Below are positions 12,226-25,599 of a stretch of 64,000 nucleotides of DNA, in pieces. The notes beneath the pieces were generated by a model. It was not told the origin of the DNA and did not search any database. It saw only the letters and a program-made list of their open reading frames with translations. The stretch is from assembly GCA_028534125.1 (NCBI GenBank), contig CM052816.1:12154001-12218000 (forward strand), in the 5' to 3' direction. Within the stretch, counting starts at the first letter, position 1. Each line of letters opens with the position of its first letter. This DNA comes from Lama glama (Eukaryota). The position numbers were made by a program, and so were the translations under genes.

Positions 12226-13629
12226 CACTCGAGGATATGCAAGGTACACAACTTGTCCTACTTAGTTTATCAGAGCAACAATCTTAGCTTTATGTACACT
12301 GAATAAATATTAAACCAGGCACACTACAGGCACCACTGCCTTCCCATAACAAGTAAGATTACCATTATTTCATTTACTAATGAAATGCTCATATACTGCC
12401 CTTTTCAACCTCTCATGAGATGCTCTAATTCTGGTTCACACAGTAATAGGTAAAATGCATTGCCTCATGGATATTGCTATTTCACTGTTCTAATCCATTG
12501 CCTGGATGGATCCAACTCTCCTGAGGGCTGGAAACGTCAAGGAGTGCAATCAAAGACTGGGATGTCTGGGTTGCTTTCTCTCAGCAGAAATTACACAGGT
12601 CACCAGAAAGCAGTGCATGACACCGATTCACACACTTGCTTGGTTTAGACAGAATGGAAAAGAGGATTAGAACAATTCTCTCTCCTTACTTCTTATCTTC
12701 AAAGATCCATAACTCCAGGAGATCTGAAAAGTGCGACGCCCAAACTAGAATATAGCTGAAACTTAATCTGCTAAACTTCTCCCCCTACCCCCGCCCCAGG
12801 TCTGTTTTGGAAAGGCACGCCATTCATTGTATCCTGGGAGATCTTTCGTCCAAAGCTAAGTGCTTAATGGCTCATTTTTCCTTCCACTGTGAAATGAAAA
12901 CTAAAATAAATCAAAGTAGCAGCCTAACAGTCCAGAACAACCGTAGACAGAACGTGTAAATGGATGTACTCAGTGATAAAAGAAAAAAAAAAAACTCAGG
13001 GTAGAGAGACATTTCAATTCCTGGTTCCTAGAGATTTTGTGTAAGCAAAACCAGAGCAAGTTTTAGTCAGGTCTTACTTCAAGATGCTCCTTTATTTGTT
13101 ACTCATAACTGCCAAAAAGTTAAATAAGCATTTATCAAACTTTGTCAGAGCTGAAGAATAAACTCTATATTTATTTGTTTTCATTCAATAACATGTCAAA
13201 AAAGTCAAGACAGCAGCAATAAACAAGTAAAGTTTAGACACAGAGCAGTGTATCCCAGACTGCCTTCTGGCTTTTTCCACGCTGCCTGGGACCAGAGAGC
13301 AGTCATGAACAAGGCCCTCTTCAATAAATGTAATGGTGTTTGAAAGAATTAACAGATGCTCTCTTGCATTACGCCACAAGTGACTATGCGTGCTATTTGC
13401 TTTTCTATATGCATTGGCTTTGTGTAAACTGGGACTTTTTTGTAGCTGTGAATACCAGGATGCCCTCTTCCATGTTAATGTATCACCAGGTCACCAGACG
13501 CTCAGTGTCTCTTTTATGAAACCCAGTCACTGTCCTTAGGATGTCCGCATCCAGTGAAATGCATGAGGAAGTTGAATGGAGTTGTGAGTCCCCTAGGTTG
13601 GTGACTCTCGTGGACGCTTGCTATGCTTT

Positions 13630-14210
13630 GCCCCCCCAGCTTCCACACCTCCTCTTCTGCTGGGGTACTCCTTGGGGAAATAGGTCTCCTCCTTCAGTGT
13701 GGATTTGATAGCTTCATCACCCAAGATGCAATGCTTGGACTTTACCTTCTGGGGCTTTGAATCCTATGTACAATTATAATACTGCAACTTAAGGATTTTG
13801 AGTTGTGCAGGCACCAACCTGAGCCCTTGAAGTGCCCCTCAACAGGCCAATAAACTAGATGCTGCTATTTTTCCACTTATAACTGAGGCAACTATCCAAG
13901 ACCAAGAAGCCAGTCACTGAGTCGTGACTCAGAACTCAGACCCAGATCTGCAGTGAGGCTGCACTGTGCCTTGGTGTACGGGGACTCAAGAGCAGAAACA
14001 CTGGTTACAGCACATCTGCCCCAGCAGCTGCTTCCTGATGAGATGCTTTTCTCCTTTCTGCTACAAAGACCCCTGGGGCCACCTGGGTTTCATTTTTCTT
14101 CAGATATTCTTTTATTTGTATGACTGTACCAGAGCCACCGAAGAAGTCAACTTTTTATTAAGATACATGAAATCAGTTTTTGTTTCTTGATATCAGTGAA
14201 TCTTAACACT
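13630..14210 (+). mobile_element. Ancient ERVL-class LTR (LTR16/33-like) with a MIR inside (~13835-13960)
   Basis: LTR-like 3' end 'aatcagtttttgtttcttgatatcagtgaatcttaac'. Internal MIR 'ccacttataactgaggcaact...gaactcagacccagatctg'. Confidence 0.4.
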
Positions 14211-14764
14211 TTTTTTTCATAGCTTCTATCTGCATGTGACTCTTCCAAGTGAATATTGCTGTGAAGGTCTGAAAGCATGTTGGTTTGTTTTCTAAAATCT
14301 ATTTTAAAGGGTACTTCAGGCAGGGCTCTGTATTTAACGGGATGAGCCTCTGTGGATGCCTGGTACGTGAAGTCCCACTGTTCAGGGCAGGGTCAGAGCT
14401 CGGCGACACAATGCAAAAGGAGTCAATACTTTAGTTCTCTCCATGAATGCCTTTCTAGGTCAGAGGGATTGTTTGATTTCTCTAACTTCAAAACCGGGAG
14501 TTTGTTTCAGCTTTGACCTCGCTGTAAAATCCCAGCAGAAGCCCACATCTCATCAGTTCATGGGCTGCTATCAGCGTACTCTGACATCCCAGCTTGAGTA
14601 TCACAGTTCAAGAGTGGTCACCTTGACTAAGGAATGCAAGTTTACCAGTGCCACCATTGAAGGGAGCCTGTTTCTTCTCTCAGTATTCATGCCTCTAAAA
14701 TATATCAAGAATAAACTCATTAAAAGAACCAATAGTGGGCGAGTGTTCTTATTATTACTTTAAT

Positions 14765-15272
14765 GGCCTCTGTCCTTTCAAGAATCACCCCTCCCCTCCG
14801 TTCCATGTGCTAATGCTATCAATCCTACTTCCCAGCCATAGGGATGGGCATCTAATCCAGACTGACCAATTAGAACACCCAATGTAGAATACTTAGGGGG
14901 AAAAAAAAAAGAGGACTGGTCCTCTAAACAGGTCCAATCAGTGTTTGTTTCAAAATAACTGATGGAGCCACTGTGGAGAGGGTTCTGGGGATTATGACAT
15001 GTAGGACTATAAACTGGAGCAGTTTATAATGTCTGTGCTGTGGTGAGGAGAGATCTAAAGACTAGAATAGCCTGGGGGAAGCGGGGAAAGGAACACAAGA
15101 CTGATGGCATCACCTGAACCTCCATGTCCTGTATCGCTTAAAGCCAGAACTCCTGCCTTGATTTCCCTATCATGTCCATTAGTTCCTCCACCTCCCTCAC
15201 TTTATTTTTTTTGGATAAAGAAGTTTGAACTGGGCTTCTGTCACACGTGACTGACCAAGTCCTGATTAATCT
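14765..15272 (+). mobile_element. Old MaLR/ERVL solo LTR (MLT1K/L-like)
   Basis: 'gggatgggcatctaatccagactgaccaattaga' and the 3' end 'gtttgaactgggcttctgtcacacgtgactgaccaagtcctgattaat'. Confidence 0.6.
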
Positions 15273-17339
15273 TTGTGTGCCAATAAACTAGAATATATAT
15301 TTAGAATTTTAAGCATTTTTTGTTTTTCCTTATGTCAACACATTTTATAATATTTATTTATCATCTATCTGCACACACAAAGACACATTTTATTTTTACA
15401 AGACCCTAAACATCTAAAAAAAAAAAAGGGAAAAACCCAGCTATTTAAAAGTATGATCCAAATATCTATTTGTCATCATTTGGTGTAATCATATTTTTTA
15501 ATGATTAAAATTGATGTCTTTTGGATTCTTAGCATGAAAGTCTTCAGTATCTCCTCTTACTTAGTTGGTCCCTTTCGTCATCACTTACTTGCTTACAGAT
15601 GTTTGAGATTATTCTCTTCCTCCATGATCAAAATCTGCTTTTCCAAAAATTCAGTGGGGCTATCCAATATTTTAGTTAATGTTGGATCTCTCCTTTTTAA
15701 AAGACTTGTAAGAAGATAGTCGTGAAGTAAGCTGTAAGCTGAAGCTGGCCTACCTCATTCACTGAACATGGAACAGATGATTAGGACAATTTCCAGTAGG
15801 AAGAACTTCCTATAATTCTACGGCAAAATTTTTGTGTGTATGTGTAATGCTATCACATTCATTATCTTATTTAATTTCAATATGCCTACCCTGCAATAGG
15901 TAAGTACATTGAGATTACCACTACAGAGGAAATGCACAATGAGAAATGCAGGTTGCCTCCCCCTAACTTACTCTGCTTTCCAGACCCACAGTCTGGATTC
16001 AAATCCAAATCTTCTGGCTCTGAATCCAGTGATATCTTCACTCAAAGCCTTTATTCTTTCATCTGATCCATACAGAAGGGTTATGATTATATATTTTTTT
16101 AGGAAATTAGTTTCTGTTGCATTAAAAAATTGAAAATGACTGTATAATTTATACATTCTTTTTTCCCAAAATTTGAAGAGTCAATGTCATGATGATGTCC
16201 TAGTGACCAGGATCATAAAAGATTAATTTCTTGCCTGAGATTCAACTTAGAAAATACAAAATTCAGGTATTAATTCTTGGGAGTTGGGAGAAGAGAGAAA
16301 GCTTCTCTTTTTTTCCAGCACATGAAACTTGGTGTAGATCTTCTTCATGTATCTTTGGTTATGATATTTAATTCTTTCTATGTAACCCTTGTCAGTTGGG
16401 TTATTCACACTGACCTTTGTATTAGAAGCCACTTTGATTCCCAGCCATACCTCTACACTATGGCTGTTGTTGAAAAATATATGAATTAGCTCTGAAACTA
16501 TAAATACACTTCTCCTCTCCCTGGTTAAATCCATTGATCTTCAACTCTGCGAGCAGGCTTGATCTAACTTTATCTTTTATTATTTATTAATATCTATGTT
16601 CTGTGATCTCAAGTCACCTCCCGTGCCTGTGTGTTCATGCTACACAGTGGTGTTCTGGGCCACAGCTGAGCTCCCCAGGTAGTCTATGGCCTGACAACAG
16701 CTTCAAAGTCTCCTGCCTCTCCAAGAAAAGGAAGGAAATCTATCACAGGCTACATTCTTTTCAGGTGAACAGGATGGAAAAAAACCTTCCTGCCATTTGT
16801 CATTTCCAGCCTCTTCCATGTTATACATTAAATAAATCTGTTTGAACGTCTCTGGCTTGTGGCCTTCTGTTATCTGTTGTAGAAGAAGGTGGTTTGGGGG
16901 GAGTTTGATTGATCTTATGGCAGGAAGAGGTCAGATCAATCTCAGTGGGGATCATCACCAACCCGATTCCTTTCCAAAAGACTCAGAAATGATGATCGAT
17001 TATCTGTAGTAAATTGCTATGTATTTATTATGTAAGGGTATTTGTCATGAGTTGTAAAAGTCTGATGTAATTTGTCCTTCAAATTACTTTACAGTGGCAT
17101 TTTAATTTGAATTTTGAATGTAATACTCTTGCTTTAGGTTCCTTCCCAGGTTCTAGGGTAAAGAAAAATAAGTATAAATGCCTGGTTTTGAATTATATCA
17201 CAAACTACAATGATTTAAAATCCTCTTGACATTATTACATCAAAACACTATTTTTATTTTTTTCTTTTACATAAAGGTAGAAAAATTTAAGACCCCATTT
17301 AACAGCCACCCTATATATTTTGTCAATTCAACATCCATT

Positions 17340-17868
17340 TAGTTTTCTTAAGCTCACAGCACCTGCATCATCATTTTGGGGACCACCACTTCACTCTGAA
17401 TCTGCTTGGTTCAATTCAGGATGACTCTATCTCCTGGTCCTAGAAGAGGAAAATGATCGAGGTGTGGCCTATCAGAGCACTGTACCTACCCCAGCCCCCA
17501 CGACTAGCTCTGGGGAGGGCAAGTGATCAAAGTTGGCCAATGGCATTCTATCCCAGGACATCGTATGGAACGTCAGGTGATGGCCGTTTCCCACTGGGAT
17601 TACTAAATTGGTAGGATGCAGACCTCCAGATGATGCTATTTATCCTACCATCCCAAAGGGAATGCCTACATGAGAATGAGCAAGCATGAAGGGGAGCAAA
17701 ACTGAGACTGAGAATGCACTGACTGTATCCCTTCACCTAGCCTTGCCTAAAGGCTTGAACTTCTCAATTATGTAAGCCTATAACTAACCAGCTCTCTCAC
17801 CCTCTCCTCTAAGCCAGTTTCAGTTGAGTTTCTGTCACCTGAAATTGAAACTCTCCCAACTAATGTAA
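17340..17868 (+). mobile_element. Old MaLR solo LTR (MLT1K/L-like)
   Basis: 'ggcctatcagagcac' and the 3' end 'taagccagtttcagttgagtttctgtcacctg...ccaactaat'. Confidence 0.65.
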
Positions 17869-18369
17869 TAGCTGAATACAATTGTGGTAACATCATTTGC
17901 CATAGTAGTTCAGCAACTTTTTAAATTGTCTTTTGTTAATACACAATGGAGAAATGTTTTTGAGAAGGAATGACAGTCATGGTGAAAGCTGATTTGTGAA
18001 ACAAATGCAGTTTTCCTTAATGTAACAGTGAGAATTATGAGTGGTCTATGCAAAGCAATAAATTTTAAAATACAAAGTTTCTGAGTCGAGAAAAGTTTTT
18101 TTAAAATAGGGGAACTGGAAGACAGAAATTTATTCATAAAATGTATTCAGCATTCTACCCTTATCAAATCAGTTTGTGTTATAGATACAGACTGACTGAA
18201 TTGTGGGGAAATTCGGCTGACTTCAGCAGTAAGACACAAACAGGTGAGTCTGCGGTGTTGCATGCATATGTATCTGCAGTGCTAAATAACCAGTTCTACT
18301 GGAACTTTCCTGAAATACGTATCAATACTTTTCCAGCACTGTTCCATGGGCCATGGGATAATCTATACC

Positions 18370-18590
18370 AATAATGGCCACCATTTATTGCACATTTCCT
18401 ATGTGCCATAAAGCCTGCTTTGACTCTGTACACAGCATTTCAATTTCTCCTAAATAGCCCTCAAAAGTACATACATCTGCCTCCCTTTTATAGATAAGAG
18501 AATTAAGGCCCCAAAGAGCTTTAGCCACTTGACCAAGGACATATCGAAACAGAAGGCAGATCTGACACTTATATCAGGTCTATCTATATG
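18370..18590 (-). mobile_element. MIR SINE
   Basis: 'ccatttattgcacatttcctatgtgcca...ttttatagataagagaattaaggccc...cacttgaccaaggacat'. Confidence 0.7.
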
Positions 18591-18840
18591 TGATACACAC
18601 AGGTTTGAAATATAACTTTTACTCTCATGGAAACAGAAATGTTTTAATTTTGTTTTTTTCTAAGCATAGTGAGGAATGTTTACCAAAATATCCTAGGCAT
18701 TAGGAATGTAGAGTCAAACAAAGCAAATAAAAAAAAAGCTCAGGATATTCATAGTCAAGGAGCTAACTTTGAGGCCAAACACAAGAAGATGATCAGGTGC
18801 TTAATACTGGAATACTACTGCGTTGGATTTTACTGAAGGA

Positions 18841-18882
18841 TGCCAAAATTCTGCCAAAATTCTGCAAAAATTCTGCAAAATC
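18841..18882. repeat. 11-bp tandem repeat (tgccaaaattc)x~4
   Basis: tgccaaaattc tgccaaaattc tgcaaaaattc tgcaaaatc. Confidence 0.9.
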
Positions 18883-19029
18883 AGCAAAGCTTGATTTCAA
18901 GCAGGACGGAACGAGCAGAATGAAGGACTAGAAGGCAAAGGTGCTCTGACCTGAACCTGTACAGAAAAGCTGAGGCTGAAGAGGAGATGTGGAACATTTG
19001 GCTCCACCTCTGTTCACCGGTTACTGATA

Positions 19030-19935
19030 TGAAACAGAAGAACAACAAGATGCCACTACACACGTTAGAATGGCCAATTCCAAAACGCTAACAATACTAA
19101 ATGCTGGCAAAGACAGAGAGCTACAGAAACTCTCCTTCATGGCTGGCGGGGAAGCAAAATGGTACATTCCCTTTGTAAGACAGTTTGACACTTTCAAAAC
19201 TAAACATACTCTTACCATATGATTTAGCAATCACACTCCTTGGTATTTACCCAAAGGAGGTGAAAACTTATGTCCACACAAAAACCTGCACATGGATGGT
19301 TATAGCAGCTTTATTCACAACTGCCAAAACTTGTAAGCAACCAAGATGTCCTTCAGCAGATGAATGAATAAATGGTACATACAGACAATGGAACTTATTT
19401 AGTACTAAAAAGAAACAAGTTATCAAACCATAAAAAGACATGGAGGAAGCTTCAGTGCATATTACTAAATGAAAAAAGCCAATCTGAAAAAGGTATATAG
19501 TGTATGATTCCAACAACATGACATTCTGAAAAAGACAAAACTATGGAGGCAGTACAAAGATCATTGGTTCCCAAGGTTTAGGAGGGAAGGAGGGATGAAT
19601 ATGAGGAACACAGGATTTTTAGGGCAAAGAAACTACTTGGTATGATGCTATAATGGTGGACACATGTCATTATGGACCTGTTAAAACCCACTGAAGGCAA
19701 AGCACCAGAATGAATCCTAATGTAAATAATGGCCTTTCAGTGATAGTAAAGTGTCAATGTAGGTTCATCAATTTTAACAAGTCAACCACTCTGTTGGAGG
19801 ATACTGATAATGGGAGAGGCTATACATATGTAAAGTGGGGGTATATGTAAAATCTCTGTGCCTTCTTCTCAATTTTGCTGTGAACCTAGTATCATGCTAA
19901 AAAAAATAAGATCTATTTTAAAAATAAGTAAAAAT
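19030..19935 (+). mobile_element. L1MC-like 3' end (ORF2 C-terminus plus 3' UTR)
   Basis: ORF 19185-19367 'KLNILLPYDLAITLLGIYPKE...CTWMVIAALFTTAK' is the L1 ORF2 C-terminus. L1MC-type UTR 'tgtcaatgtaggttcatca...caattttgctgtgaaccta'. Confidence 0.9.
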
Positions 19936-19944
19936 AAATGTAAT

Positions 19945-20140
19945 GGGAGCAATGTCATACAGCATTTAAGGCACAGACTATAAAATCAAACAATTTGAAT
20001 CTCTTATTCACAACCTATTGGTGTTAAAGCTTTGTGAAAGGGATTTGCCATCTTCGACTATCAGTTTATCTCTAAGTAGAGAAAATAATTATTATCTCAG
20101 AGGGTGGTGGCAAGGATAAAATGAGTTAATATATAGTAGA
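19945..20140 (+). mobile_element. MIR SINE
   Basis: 'gagcaatgtcatacagcatttaaggcacagact...tctcagagggtggtggcaaggataaaatgagttaatata'. Confidence 0.65.
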
Positions 20141-20194
20141 AGACTCAAAATCCATTCTCTCTTTCCTGTTATTAAGAGTAATTTATTCCATAGT

Positions 20195-20665
20195 GAACAC
20201 CCTCCTCTCAGCATCCAACTGTGGTTTACATTAAAGTGATTAACCTTTAAGTTATAATGACTGACCTTGATCCAAACCAGGCAAATCATTCATATTAATT
20301 GGATCAATGTTAAATACACCACCCAAGCGGGGCAGAAAGTGCAATTCCATGACTTCTGCTAAAACTATTGGGGAAAAGAAGCTATCTTTTTTCTGGACTT
20401 ATCATTGCCATACATGTGGTAGAATATAAGCCATAAGTTACTGGTAGCTGTTTACCACCATGTGGAAAGAGTTTGCCTGAGGTTGAGTTTAAAAATGGGG
20501 ACACATTGAGCCCAAAATGGAGAGACACAGGTCCCTGAAGACACTGACTGTGCATGCAGGTCCATCCATACTTAAAGATGGATACAGCTCTGGATTTCCT
20601 TGGTCTGTGAACAGATTTGAATATGATTTATCTTCTTAGCCAATGAAAAACTGTTGATGAGTACT
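20195..20665 (+). mobile_element. Old MaLR solo LTR (MLT1K-like); contains arm A of the 54-bp inverted repeat
   Basis: 'acccaagcggggc...gacttctgctaaaactattggggaaaagaagct...accatgtggaaagagtttgcctgag'. Confidence 0.6.
20241..20294 (+). repeat. Arm A of a perfect 54-bp inverted repeat
   Basis: taacctttaagttataatgactgaccttgatccaaaccaggcaaatcattcata is the exact reverse complement of 22397-22450. Confidence 0.97.
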
Positions 20666-21569
20666 CTGTATAAACCACTTACTATAGTGAGTGTGTACTT
20701 ATCACATATCTTTCAATATTTTCTAAAACTGTTAGATGATCTATTCTTCATATTTTTAATTCTTACATGATTATAATATACCTTGCCAATTCATTGTGAA
20801 TTTTTTTGAAGACAAGAACCAATATTTCTGTGTATTTTTCCAGTTGCCTAGTACTTAGGTGTCAAATAAATATCTATAGATTATATTCACTCTCTATTAT
20901 AATTAACACATTGCTATTCCTGAAACGACAGTTTCTGATTTTTGTATTGACTCCATGAAATAAATATTAGGGCACTTAGGCTTTAAAATGGCATCTAATG
21001 AATCTAAAAGAGTATCTGCAAAACAGGACTCAGTCATTGAAAGATTTCTTCATGTTTAGGATTGTGGAAAAAAATTTAAGGGATCAAATGCAACAATATT
21101 GATTTTATAGTTAGGAACTAGCACTGAAAAATAGGATTCATCATTACAGATGATTGTTTTCCTTTGGATTTGAAATTTAAATTTGTATTATATGGCCATT
21201 CCAGGACAAAATCCATTTATACAAACATTGGGCTCAGTGTAAAATGTAAAGACCCAAATTTTTTTACATTTGAAGGCAAATTCCCATTGGCACCCTAGAC
21301 AGAGAATATGAGGACTATATCTAGTTACAATCCTGAGTAGGGAGTAATTTTAAAACATGAAATATGCAGAATCCTTAAATTGCTATTCTCCCCTTCCAAG
21401 TTGTTGGTGACCTGCCAAAGAAGATGTCCTTATCTTCTTGCTTCTTATCAGAACATAATGCAACAGAATTACACCATCTCCTGACACAAATATGAGATAT
21501 GGCCTAGGGTATGTTCAGAAGTGACATGCCATGTTTACTAATCAGGAAATTTTATAAGACCAGAGTCTG

Positions 21570-21690
21570 AAAACACCTCCATGACAGCAAGAACTTTTAT
21601 ATTTTTTCTTCACTGATACGTTCCAAATGCTTAAAAGAATGGCTATAATATCATAAGCAATAAATAACTAGTTGAATGAATGAATGGATA
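21570..21690 (+). mobile_element. L2 3' end
   Basis: 'ctccatgacagcaaga...ttcactgat...aataaataactagttgaatgaatgaatg'. Confidence 0.7.
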
Positions 21691-21879
21691 CAGGAATAAA
21701 CATTTTTATTAGAAGAAATGTAGCTAAACATGGATAAATGAAAGAACGAAGTCTAAGTTTTAACTCTATTTTACGAAGACCTAGGCATCTTATCCTTCCA
21801 TACTGTTCTGTATTACAGTTCTGACATCAGAGATTAAAAAAAAGACTCAGAGAAGGAATGAAAATGTATACTTGATAAT

Positions 21880-22110
21880 CCACTTTGTTTCACTGCAGGA
21901 TAATTTATGGTAACAAAGTACTGGAAAATATCCAAATGCAGAGGAATAGGATATTGGTTGGATAAATTATGCTACATACATATAACAGAATATTCTGGAG
22001 TCATTAAAATGGTCTTCAAGATGCTTAATAAAATTAAAAACTATCATTATATAAAAAGTGGAAAAGCGAATTGAGAAACTTTTCACGTATATTATGCCAT
22101 ATGTTTTAAA
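21880..22110 (+). mobile_element. L1ME-like fragment
   Basis: 'actggaaaatatccaaatg...ttggttggataaattatgctacatacatataacagaatatt'. Confidence 0.55.
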
Positions 22111-22396
22111 CCACATTGTCTGTACTGTTGCAAATCAACACTGAACATTTTTATGGTTTCTAATTTACATAGTAAACATATTTTTAAAATACTTAAATCC
22201 TTGGTAAGTGAAGTTTTATGAGCACAATGTTAGTGATTTGGGTTGTGGAAGGCACTTATGAAGAACCTGGGGAATAGAAGCCTACCAAATATATTTCAAG
22301 AAAACACTATTGGTTCAAACTCTCTTTTCTTCCAGTCCAAAGATTGAGAGGAATTTATACATGAAGCATGAACAGAAAGAACATATGAACAAATCG

Positions 22397-22450
22397 TATG
22401 AATGATTTGCCTGGTTTGGATCAAGGTCAGTCATTATAACTTAAAGGTTA
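22397..22450 (-). repeat. Arm B of the perfect 54-bp inverted repeat
   Basis: tatgaatgatttgcctggtttggatcaaggtcagtcattataacttaaaggtta. Confidence 0.97.
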
Positions 22451-23718
22451 TCTCCCATGGAACAGAGGACAGGAATGATGAGAAATATGCTGCCCCAGTC
22501 TTTTCTTCCTCCCATAAAGAAACAGAAAGGTACAATGCATGTCCTTCCTAGTGCAGATGCTCAAACTCATTTCTGTTCATTTAGATAAGTAATGAGGAGG
22601 ACGATAACCACTGGGTTTGTGGAACTGTGAAGTTTCCGCTGTGAGGATGTCACAGTCAAGAATATTAATATTCTCTGAGATGCTTTTGTTGCCATAAAAT
22701 CACTACCAACACCATGAATAGCGATACCCCCTTCAATTTCCTGTATTAAAACTCTAGTCTGCCATTCAACAGTCATTCACACACTGGTCATATCATGCTA
22801 ACAAAAGGGAAGCATGCTGTAACTTTGTTTTTCATCAATATTTGCTTAAATGTTTCATCAATATTCATCTTCTATCAGAAATCTATAAATAATCAAGAAA
22901 TTGACCTCTGATATAGATGTGTAAATTGTCTCTTTTTAAGGAAATATTATAATTGTCACTATTAATATTTCAACGGTCATATCCAGGTTTTGTGAAGCTA
23001 GGGACTTTTGAAAATATCCTCCAATGTGAAAATTTTATCCTAGGTCTGCAAATGTGTTCATTATTTCTACCTTATTACCCATCTTATATCATTTTATGTG
23101 TTCATTACAAAAGCTTTGACTATCCTAATAACTCTTGTAATGTGTCACATATAAAATAATGACTGCATTGAAAATGGTATTTTAAAAGTTAACTTACAAA
23201 GTGTCACTTTCAGATCATATTAGCATCCACTCCTAACATATTTAATACTTCATTCCATGACAATAAACAAAATTCACATTCCTATGAAGTTGTAGCCTAT
23301 CTACCCATAAAATCCTTAAGTAGTATAGGTATTCAATACCACTGCATTTAAACAGTTAAGAAATAAGCTTATCTATCATTAAGTCATTTATTCATTTATC
23401 CCTTTTCACTTGTAGCAAAAATATCAGGTGAATAAACTCAACCAGTATGGTTCTTGCCTATAATCAATAGCTAGGTTAATTCTATCATTAGAGCTTGTCG
23501 AGCTGCATATATGTAAGTCAGGTCTTAAAAAAATTAGTTTGAAAACTAACACAGGAATGATCTAGGGCAGTTTTCTCACCAAAACTGAATTTTTGAAGGT
23601 CGTGACTATAGCATGCTTGCTTTCACATTTCTGGCATCCAATTAATTACTCAGAAAATTTTTACTAAATTTAGTCCAGCCGTCAAATAGTCCCATTTATT
23701 GTGTAGCTAGAGGATGCA

Positions 23719-23739
23719 TTCAGGACCACGGACAACAAA
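23719..23739 (+). promoter_or_regulatory. RE1/NRSE (REST)-like motif
   Basis: TTCAGGACCACGGACAACAAA versus consensus TTCAGCACCACGGACAGCGCC; 16 of the first 18 positions match. Confidence 0.4.
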
Positions 23740-25599
23740 TGGTCCAGTCCTTCTCAGTTATGACTTCAGCACACTACCAATTAGCTTATCATCTCTTTTT
23801 AGATACACTGAAAAGAAACTCCATCTTAATATCATTAAAGGAAACTTTTGTTATTTGGAAACCAGTGGGCTCACTGCTCAGGGAAAATAATCATTACTTG
23901 TCAGATGTCTTTTTTCCCCTACAAACATGTAAGTTTCACAACTGCAAGGACTTTATCATATTTGTTGTTGTCTCTTCATTGCTCAACCAATAGTCTGAGA
24001 CACAACAGGTTATTGAATAAATCATCCATATGGTGTCCCTCTGGAAAAACTCTCATTATTGAGTACAACAAACAAACAGCAACAGTAACAAACACATTGT
24101 TAAGACTCGTTCATAAGAAAGCCAGTGATGGGACTTTGAGAATTGATGAGGCTGTGTAGTCAGCTTCATTCAGATTAAAGCTCAACAAAGAGCTCATGAA
24201 TTCTACATCACCCACAGTCTACAGTGCTCTTAATTCACAAATTCACTGAGACCACTATGTGTAGTTAACATGCTTCTACAGAAGAACACCATTAAAAATA
24301 CATATTCTCGAAGATGTATATCTGTGCACAGAGTAAAAACATTATTCAGAGACTACGACAGTACAAATGTAAGAGATAAGTAAGATGCATGGCAATGTAT
24401 CATATCATGAAATGTTTAAACCTCCACATGGTGCAGGGATGGGGTAGGATTTCTGTGCTGGCAGAACGGTTCTCATGCTGTTGGCATGCATCAATGGAGA
24501 ATGACTGCAACTAGAAAATCGGTACTGATGACTACAACAACATGGTGAATTTCAGCATAAAGTGGAAAAAAAATCAAAACAATGTTGTCACAAGACATAT
24601 CTTTGAACACGCAGGGGGGAAAATACTCTGGTTGACGCCTAGCTGACTGAAAACATTACACATGGCTAAAGGCCAGCACCACTTGGACATAACTAGTCAC
24701 CCTGAGCTAAGTTCACAGTAATTATAGACTGAATACTAGTCCACTGTACCTTGAATATAAAAGTGAAAGAGATGATTAATATGTATAGTCTTCTTCTATT
24801 AATATTCATGGCATTATTTAACTGTGATCTACAGAATTTCAAAGTGGATCTAAGCAAGCAAATATAAAATGGTTTTATTTTTTCTGATTTAAAACCGATG
24901 TGATCTGGGATGATGGGGAGATTGATAGTCTGCCTGCCTTCAAGACAGTAGCTTCAACTATCTCTGCAAACTCTGATGAAATACAACTTTGCAAATGCTG
25001 ACTGTAGCAATTCTGGATGAGGGCAGTCACCGTATACCCTCCTTCCAATACACAAACATATACATCTCTCTTGCAATACTGTGTCTGTTTCTCAAACTTT
25101 TCATAAAATAAATATATAGTCTATATGGAACAACCTCTGGTGGAAAGTTTAAAAACTCAGCTGGTCATTTACTGGCACAATGCCAAGCAACTGATTTCAT
25201 TGATTTTTTTTTCATCACTGAGGTATATATACAAAACCCAAAACGTATTTTATAAAAAAGAAAACATTTAAAGCCAAACAAATTGCCAGTTAGATTATGT
25301 ACAACAGATTTAACTGTTCAAATAACTTGTACTTTTTGAAAGGACTTCATCAGATTTTTGTTCCAAACAGACCACTATGTAAGAAGACCGCTGGAATTAA
25401 CTGGCTGACTCAAACTCCAGTGGATAAAGACTGCCTTAGTAATCATGCCTACAGGTAGTACTCATCTGGGGCTAAAAGAGCATTAACTCATAGAAGGAGG
25501 AAGGAAATAAAAGCACTACTTCTCTCACGAAGAAATGACATCACTGATCAGTTAACAGAGCCAACATTTCATTCCCCACCATTAACATATATTTGCAAG

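Noticed and set aside
16185..16242. C/D-box-like pair (ATGATGA...CTGA)
   Set aside because: Only ~50 nt apart, with no convincing terminal stem or guide sequence.
20295..22396. Segment between the 54-bp arms as an inversion or a DNA transposon with TIRs
   Set aside because: The LTR appears to continue collinearly across arm A, there is no TSD or transposase, and the interior is ordinary L2/L1 debris.
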